DNA of 16,848 nucleotides from contig CAJNOI010000180.1 of assembly GCA_905250115.1 (NCBI GenBank), positions 147,689-164,536 of the forward strand. Direction: 5' to 3'. Positions within the stretch are counted from its first letter, which is position 1, and every line of letters begins with the position of its first letter. The stretch is from Adineta steineri (Eukaryota). This document shows positions 1-10,439 of the stretch, piece after piece. The notes beneath the pieces are model-generated. The model saw nothing but the letters and a program-made list of their open reading frames with translations. It did no database searches and was not told where the DNA came from. A program made the position numbers and the translations under genes.

Positions 1-227
1 TCTGACCGGGCCCGGATCGGAAGAAATATGCTATCAACATAATATTTTTTTGAATTTCTTTAATTTTTTATTTATTTCATTCAAAAAGCCTTGAATTTAT
101 TTATAAAAATAATAGAAAAAACAACAACAAAACTATTTTCGATGCAACTATCAGATTTCAAATTGAAAAATTTACTGAGAGTCTAAAAATGTGTGGACCC
201 GATGGGCTTTACCTAAAGGTGAAGTCA

Positions 228-281
228 TGAGGGTGTGTGTATAAGAATGTCCACTTAGTAAGCATAGCACCCACACCCTCA
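228..281. repeat. Small hairpin-forming inverted repeat made of telomere-like GGGTGT/ACACCC units (copy A)
   Basis: tgagggtgtgtgt (228-240) is complementary to acccacaccctca (269-281) at 12/13 positions, with a 28-nt loop. The same motif architecture recurs at 3091-3138 and 4373-4425. Confidence 0.6.
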
Positions 282-458
282 AGATTCGATAGAGTTGGCT
301 AAATTCTACTTGAAACATGAGTAAAACATTTGAAACGCATACCTGAACGGATCGCTGGTAAAATTATGCGGATTCGTCGATAACATCAGCAACGTATGAA
401 AACCTATACACTAGAGTAGTCTCATCTAGTAGATTATCACTATGACTTGCGGAACCAG

Positions 459-843
459 CGTCATTTTTTCACCGTAGATAGAAGTTACTCAGAGCTACAA
501 AATGATACTAAAAAAAGTGGGTAAATATACTATGATCTATATTTTTGAGTGATTATATTGTGAATTTCTATGAAGAAGGCTTTGGGTAGTTACTGCAAAA
601 AACCATTATCATCAGTTAATATGTAACTAATCATTAATACTATGCCAAAGATAGTAATCAAGAGCCTTCAATAATGACGCACTGAGTAATGAAATCATTC
701 TTTCTATGGTTGCTACGAAGACGTCCCGCACGCAAAATTCGCCGTATAATACCTCGAAAAAATCGAATTTAGTATGCTTACCCACATGTTTTAGCATCAT
801 TTTGTAGCTCTGAGTGACTTCTATCTACGGTAGAAAAATGACG
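459..843. repeat. Foldback / long inverted repeat (66-bp arms, ~91% identity, 253-bp spacer)
   Basis: Left arm 459-524 is cgtcattttttcaccgtagatagaagttactcagagctacaaaatgatactaaaaaaagtgggtaa. The reverse complement of the right arm 778-843 is cgtcatttttctaccgtagatagaagtcactcagagctacaaaatgatgctaaaacatgtgggtaa, giving 60/66 matches with no gaps. Weaker complementarity continues outward (gcgg..cagcg at 448-460 vs 841-860). No ORF lies in the spacer. Confidence 0.8.
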
Positions 844-1246
844 CTCGCTGGACGAACCGCAATGGAAATTCCCTAAATAGGGCTATCCCAGTAAAAAGGA
901 TGTCTTAGTTTACTAATAGAGTGACACGTGAAAAATATAGAGAACAGTGTATTTAACTACATGTTTTTTCGATGACCTTCATCTGAGATGAAAAACTAGC
1001 GCTTTCCCACCGACGGTAATTTATAAGCATAAGTAGCGTTAGAGTGTAATGCCTAAAACAGGCCAGCTGATGGAGGATCAAGAAGGTGGCTATTAGAATA
1101 GGTTTAAAAGGATTAACGAGAATAATCTAGGCGACTCCAGAGTAGTGTTATCTTACAGGGAAAACATGGGTTTTCGTATGAAAATAGTTTTAGATGAGAC
1201 CTTCAATTAGGAGTGTTTTGTGGACACACCGTCTCTTTTATTATTA

Positions 1247-1495
1247 TTATGTAGCATTAGTTGCTACTCCATTTAAATAATCTTTCCAATGGTTAGCATC
1301 ATATCTCAATCCGAATCTATTGATACGATCGCCGAGTTTTTCATATAAAGCTTTTCCAGGTGTTAATTCCACCCCTAGTTGAGCGGCTAATAGAGACACG
1401 GTTTGCAAAAGCATCATGGTATCCTTGCACGAAGCTATTTCACCGTAGAAAATCGCTGGCAACACAATCATATAAGTTGCACAGTGCATATTCAA
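1247..1495 (-). other. Orphan 82-codon ORF, family not recognised; possibly a terminal exon or decayed gene/TE fragment
   Basis: This is the only ORF above 60 codons in the first 3 kb. The track start is a TTG; the first ATG is 2 codons in. The frame is open only 10 codons further upstream before a TAA, so it is either a C-terminal exon or a fragment. By eye it uses more G/C-ending codons (gcc, ctc, ggc, acc, gtg) than the genes at 6-16 kb. I could assign no motif with confidence. Confidence 0.25.
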
Positions 1496-2195
1496 ACTAC
1501 GTTTTTTTCGATTCGTTTCTTAACTGATCTTATCTCTTAGTTTTGGTTTATCAATCTAGACTTTTTCGAAATGGTCAAAAGAAATTGTTCATTATTTGGG
1601 TATTTTATTAATGAAGCTGTTGATTTGCAATGTAAATAATGCACGTTAATTGAGTAGTTGATAAAAGTTATCAGGACGAACCTAAAATAAATTACATTTG
1701 TTATTCACTTTAAAAGTTTTATCAACAAATTAATGTTTGCAATCTTTCAATACAGATAAGCTAGTTTCACTGAGCGTTATGGTTGTTCAAGATCATATTA
1801 TTGAGCTGTATGGTAAAGATATACTATCCTTCTTACCGTTCGCTGTACTCTCTTCTACCTCCAAAGTGAGATATAAATATCTTCCATTAAATGTTTCAAA
1901 ATAATAAAATAAAGTAAAATATCTAAAAAATCAATACATTTACTGGAACAATAATCGCAAACCTTGCTCTCCTTTGTTGTTCCTTACTCATAGTATATAC
2001 TCGCATCCTACTCAGTGGTCAACACCAGGGGCTTCTCGAATTAGCTTTTAATGAAGAAGTGAAGTGTTAGTAATTGTATACGCAAGAAAGCCAACAGTTT
2101 ATGGTCGCCACACTCTGCATTACAAGCTGAAGAACATTTGGATCAGAGTTGTAACCGGTTAGTATACCTGTCGGCCGAAACAGATATTTTTCTAT

Positions 2196-2536
2196 CCAGA
2201 CAGACAAGACCTTTAAAAAACGCGTTTCAAATTCGTAAATACACCGCTTTTACGAATTCTTAACGCGTTTCTACGCAATTTTTCGGAAAGCGTTCTACTG
2301 CGTTAAAATCTACTCCGTATTTACTCGTTGAAACGCGAAATTCAACGTGGTTTTACGCGTTATTTTGTGACTTTTAACGCTCTAAGCACAGATTCTCGGC
2401 GCGTTAATCACAGTAGACAAAGCTAATGGAGATAAAAATCGTAAAAATGTGCGCTTTTCCTGATTTTATTTTCGTTAAAATTTCAAAATTTCTACGCGGT
2501 ATTTCTCCGTTTTTTTTTTGTGTTTTGTCTGTCTGG
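2196..2536. mobile_element. Non-autonomous TIR element (MITE-like, ~341 bp) with internal GCGTTAA/TTAACGC motif array
   Basis: Terminal inverted repeat ccagacagacaa (2196-2207) vs ttgtctgtctgg (2525-2536) is a perfect 12 bp. It extends to ~19 bp with 3 mismatches (2192-2210 vs 2522-2540). The interior has no ORF and is CpG-rich relative to its surroundings. It carries exact TTAACGC at 2260-2266 and 2374-2380, exact GCGTTAA at 2300-2306 and 2401-2407, plus variants at 2357 and 2472. Confidence 0.55.
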
Positions 2537-3090
2537 GTACCAGTCCGCTACAGATTTTTTCTAATTTTTATTGAGTTTTTTTGACGCTGTCTAATAAAAA
2601 TACTAAAAAATACGATTTTTTTTAGAAAACTACAGGTCTAATTTCCTATTTAGTCCTAGTTTTATGAACCTTTCCCCTAGTGGCGACACCAAGGGTGGGC
2701 TCAGGCCACCCTGAAATTTTTTTCAGATCTTCATAAAAACCAATGATATTTTATATGAGCCCACCTTAGTCTAAATTCCCGGCGCCGCCGCTACGTCCCC
2801 TCACAACAGAAGGGCCTCCCGTATTAAAAGGCCCCCGAAATAATGGGCTCCTCAGAAGAAAGAAGTGGCCCTGTAGGGTACGGGGGGTCTGGTTGAAAAG
2901 AAAGTTTTTAATTATATTGATATGGCTTTGCATAGCAAAGTATTTCTTTCATTGTTATCAGTAAATTTTTGCAAACTACTCGTATCTATATTGATAAGAA
3001 ACATAGCCAACTGTCATCACAATGATTGTCCGTTTCTCAAATTCTATATACTTTAATATCGACAGAAGCTCTGTCGAGATGAAAGGAGAT

Positions 3091-3138
3091 TGTGGGTGTG
3101 GACGTTGATTTTATTTTTTTGTTACACCCACACCCACA
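3091..3138. repeat. Head-to-head pair of telomere-like repeats, (TGTGGG)~2 then (ACACCC)~2.5 (copy B)
   Basis: tgtgggtgtgg (3091-3101) is followed by a 22-nt T-rich spacer and then acacccacacccaca (3124-3138). The 11-nt left arm is perfectly complementary to 3128-3138. Confidence 0.6.
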
Positions 3139-4061
3139 TCCTTGCCTATATATTAAATAATAAGCTAGTAAAAAATTATGCCGGTAAAACGGTCTGGCCG
3201 ATTCCTACCAGTACCGGTAAGAAAAAAACCCTGTCAGTTACAACTCTGATTTGGATACCCATAAAAATTCATTACTCAAAAACTTGGTTTCTATCAATCT
3301 ACTCCACTTCTCCCAATCCACCCCCCCCCCCTTCAGTAGTCTGAGCAAATATAGCGCACATTTTTATTCTCCGTATCGAAATATTTTTTTGACCCTGCGA
3401 ACATGCAAGCAAACCGACAATTTATGTTTGCAAGACTCTTCTCTACGAGAAAGAGAACATGCAAAATAAATTTTCGCAATTATTACTCTTTATGAACTTT
3501 AAACAACAGTATGGAAGATGTAGAGGTTACGCTAATCATTTGTATTAAATCGATCCAACATCATGATGGCTGCTATATATTTACCAGAATTAAATAAATT
3601 TCAAAATAAATATAATATACCAAATAATCGGTCATGTAGTCGAAGAAAGTATCAGAAAAAAAGATGAACTCATACAAAATATTTTCATAATTCATAGGAA
3701 TTAGACTTATGATAATGCAAGAATAATCAATACTTTTAAGAACATCGAGATGAGATAATATGATGTATTAACATCACCGTTCAGTTCAAAATTATTTTGA
3801 CAAAAAATTTAAGTTTATCAAAAATTGTAAAAGTTTAGAACATTTATAAATAGGGTCGAAATCGGTAATTTGACAAGTCTAGATATTCGAAGCTGTCAAC
3901 ATGTGTACTATAAATTCGTGACAATAGTATTTTTAAATTTAGTAAAATCATATTCCAGTATGAGGATGTTATATACTCATATTGACACTTAAAATGATAA
4001 AGATAATTTCATCACTTTGGTTTATCAATCAGTTCAAAATTAGTAAACTGGTCATAAGATG

Positions 4062-4892
4062 CAGGCTTCGTAGCGATCTCTCCCAGCGATATAGGAAAAT
4101 ATAGGATTGTAAAAGCAGCATTTATATAGGATTTTCATAATAATATAGGAAATATATAGGAATTCTTTTCTTTAGTAATAAGCTTTTATTAGACTCATAT
4201 CAAACGTTATCGTGCCCATAACATCATAACTAGCTATCTCACTCGTAGTTGCCAAAAAATCGAGAACAAATATACACTTCTTAATTACTAGAAAAGATAT
4301 TCAAAAAGTTCGATTTGAAAGTAATTAAAAGAAAATATGGTCTCTATTAAATTTATTAACAAATATTCACTAGGGTGTGGGCATGGGTTGGTGTTAGTAT
4401 GAATATTTCTCCACCCACGCCAAACTACGCTAGATTGAATTTAGTGTCCTTTGATATAAAGTTATATTTTCAAATAAATGTAACTTAAGATAGAATTAAT
4501 TCAAAAAACAATTTTATACTATTCGTGAATATAAGTATAATTTATAAGTGAAATTTTACACTAAGTTCATTAGAAAGTTTATAAAATTAGTCATTTTCTG
4601 TAAAACAATTCGAAACAAAATAACGATTCTTTCCAACGGTGAGTGTATCGATAAATTATAAAATAGTGATATACTATTGCAGTAGTCATTCGTTTTATTT
4701 CAAAACCTATAATAACATATGTACAGAAGTTCTGACTTGTTGCTGATCGAAACAACATATATTTCATTTTAAAAAAATTAGGTTTCTTCTAAATATAGGA
4801 AATATAGGAAAAATGCATGAAAAATAGGAATTTATAGGAGCATTTTTAAATATATAGGAAATATAGGAAATATAGGAGGACTACGAAGCCTG
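4062..4892. mobile_element. hAT-like non-autonomous DNA transposon (~831 bp): 12-bp perfect TIRs, 8-bp flanking duplication, subterminal ATATAGGA arrays
   Basis: TIRs are caggcttcgtag (4062-4073) and ctacgaagcctg (4881-4892), perfect reverse complements that begin CAG. The flanking direct repeat ataagatg lies at 4054-4061 (abutting the left TIR) and 4894-4901 (one extra A at 4893 separates it from the right TIR). ATATAGGA occurs 5 times at 4089-4161, and 5 times plus 2 variants at 4793-4877. The element contains no ORF. Confidence 0.75.
4373..4425. repeat. Degenerate telomere-like hairpin (copy C), nested inside the hAT-like element
   Basis: gggtgtgggcatgggttggtgt (4373-4394) faces ccacccacgccaaac (4411-4425). 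ggtgtggg vs cccacgcc pairs at 7/8 positions. It is weaker than copies A and B. Confidence 0.4.
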
Positions 4893-6087
4893 AATAAGAT
4901 GCTTATATAATATATTCATTTATAAATTAAAAACAGATTTATAAATATCAAAAATATTTATAACAATTTTAAATTTTCGGTTGAAAAATTCATGATTTAT
5001 AAACCAATATAAATAAATTCATTGATAAATCGCCTACTTTCGGAATCAACAGTGATTAATTAAATTACCGATTACCTAATTGATACTAGTACATACGTAT
5101 TTTTATCTGTGCACAATACTCGAAAATTGGCTGAAAATAACAATAAATTATTCGAATGAAGAGAATTTTTCTTCAAGATATCTGCTGTTTAACAAAATGA
5201 ATAAATTTCTCAATATTATTCTAAATTGAATATATGAGCAACTGGATTATCGTTAACTGATATAAATTAAAATAAACATTCTGATTGAATGATTGTTGAC
5301 AATTTTAGAGTATTTCTAATATTTTCATTGGTTTTATCGATCAATGACACTCTATTGTACAATTTTCTAAAACAATCTTGTCAAAGAACATAACAAGAGC
5401 AACGATTCGATTTTTTCACATTCAAATGTTGATTTATGTACTTTAACTAAAAACTAAAAGAAAGTACGTGAAATCTCTTATTGATAATCGATTTTTTTTT
5501 GCGTTGATTTCCAATAAATGATCGTTTTTGCCACATTTAATTGCTAGTAAACAGATTCTTCTTCTATTAAGAAGATAACTGAAATTGATTTAAAAGAAAA
5601 TAATTAATAAGGTTTGAAAAAGATTGATTAGTGAATATCTTTGAATAATTCAAAATTAGAAACAGAAAAAAGATATTTTTTGATTGAAATGATATTTAAG
5701 AGAAAAGTAATAAATCTTTCTTTTATTCATTATTTTATACACAGAGGAATGAATTTCGATGAGAAAATAGATTTAAAACAACATTGTTTCATATGATTTT
5801 CATGACAAATAATTATGATAATATACAAGTTCAAGATAAAATCGGTTTGTAGATAAACAAATGAATAGTTTTTGATAATATTAAGCGATTGATATTATAT
5901 ATACTGATTTGAAATGAATGAAAATAGATGAAAATAAATGTAATTGAGTGACATCTATAATGGATGATGGAATTGAACAATTGATAATGTTAATGGCTGA
6001 TGGAAAGAAACGATATGAAAGATGTTAAAAGAAGAAAAAGGACAGAATAGAATAGAACAGACTAGGATTGATATTGATCGAAATTCA

Positions 6088-9470
<3,383 letters not shown>

Positions 9471-9889
9471 ATCTCTTCTTCTTCTTCTATTAATCAATTG
9501 AATATGTCAAATCTTTTTTCTTTTCTTTTGTTTTCTTTTTTTTTTTACTTGAATCATATTCAACAAATATCTTTTTAATTAATCTTTATTATATAAATAT
9601 AAATATATATATACAATTAATTCAATAAATTCATACATTTCAAATAAAAGATAAAGATCATAAATAAAATATGATTTTATAATAAAAGGTGATAAAATGA
9701 CAAACTAAATGTGTTATTTAACCCTTTAGGATAGAAGATTATCTTAATATAGATCATCTTTTTCTCCTTTTCTTCTCTTTTATTGAATTTGAAAAAGAAG
9801 AAAAAAGAAAAAGAATGATTATGCAATTATGAAACGAAACGAAATGAAATATGTATCTATCATCATCAATATGAATATGAATGTATGAA

Positions 9890-9958
9890 GGTAGGTAGGT
9901 AGGTAGGTGGTGGGAGAGAGAAGGAGAGAGAGTGAAAGAAAAAGAAAAAGAAAAAGAT
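9890..9958. repeat. Intergenic microsatellites: (GGTA)4-5 followed by a GA/GAAAAA-rich purine tract
   Basis: ggtaggtaggtaggtaggtgg lies at 9890-9910. It is followed by gggagagagaaggagagagagtgaaagaaaaagaaaaagaaaaag to ~9958. Confidence 0.9.
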
Positions 9959-10144
9959 AATAATCAACCAATGATTGTTTGATATATATTTGATATTGTA
10001 GGAACATTCGAGAGAAATATGTAAAATTTATCTTTCCGTTTTTTTTTCTCTTCGTCATGATAAGAAAAATGTATTGATTGGTAGAAAATATTTGATGAAG
10101 AATAAAATATCTCTTATTGATGAAAAGTAAAAGCATTGATCTGT

Positions 10145-10189
10145 GACGACGAACGACGACGAGGACGACGACGACGACGACGACGACGA
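10145..10189. repeat. (GAC)n trinucleotide microsatellite, 8 perfect units plus imperfect 5' extension, ~250 bp upstream of the Pax start codon
   Basis: The tract reads gacgacgaacgacgacgaggacgacgacgacgacgacgacgacgaa. The perfect (GAC)8 is at 10164-10187. No start codon or long ORF spans it in either orientation. Confidence 0.9.
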
Positions 10190-10439
10190 AGGAAGCTAGA
10201 AAGGGACGATAGGTAAGAAATCGATTCTTCTACACGTTGAGCCGTGGGCGATCTTCTTCGATTCGCATGACCAGTAGAGCACAAATTCACAATTTATTCT
10301 TTATTTTGAATGATTTTTCTCAAAGAATTTATTTTAATTAAATATACATTCTGAAGTTCTGAAATTTAATTTTAAAAACAAAAAACAAAAGAAATAAAAA
10401 AGAAAAAAAAAAAAGAAAAAAAATGTTATCAAATTTAGA

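Noticed and set aside
2023-2703. Imperfect ~22-nt direct repeat (cagtggtcaacaccagggg vs tagtggcgacaccaagggtggg) that might bracket a larger element containing the MITE
   Set aside because: Only about 15 of 20 positions match, gaps are needed, and there is no supporting TIR, LTR or TSD evidence. This is too weak to call.
3090-3469. Two overlapping plus-strand ORFs (84 and 72 aa) from the ORF track, plus a C11 homopolymer at 3321-3331
   Set aside because: Their translations are low-complexity readings of the telomere-like hairpin (WVW..THTH) and the poly-C tract (PPPPP). One starts at a non-ATG codon. They show no domain-like sequence and lie in repeat DNA. I treat them as non-coding, and the homopolymer alone has no evident meaning.
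3781-4042. Exact 14-mer tcagttcaaaatta present twice (3781-3794 and 4029-4042)
   Set aside because: At this AT-rich composition I estimate on the order of ten 14-mer coincidences per 17 kb by chance. The flanks do not align.
4739-4756. Hammerhead-ribozyme-like string gttg-ctgatcgaaa-caac inside the hAT-like element (considered because Penelope-like elements carry hammerheads)
   Set aside because: It has CTGAT..GAAA but no helix II between the two core halves, no proper CUGANGA box and no identifiable cleavage-site helix. It is just a 4-bp hairpin.
4089-4877. ATATAGGA arrays considered as a CRISPR-like or satellite array
   Set aside because: The repeat unit is only 8 bp with irregular spacing of roughly 9-30 bp. 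It is confined to the two subterminal regions of a TIR-bounded element in a eukaryotic genome, so it is explained as transposon subterminal repeats.
9819-10136. 105-codon minus-strand ORF in the MAP4K-Pax spacer
   Set aside because: It runs through the GGTA and purine microsatellites, giving a translation rich in L/F/S/I low complexity. No domain is present, so it is most likely non-coding.
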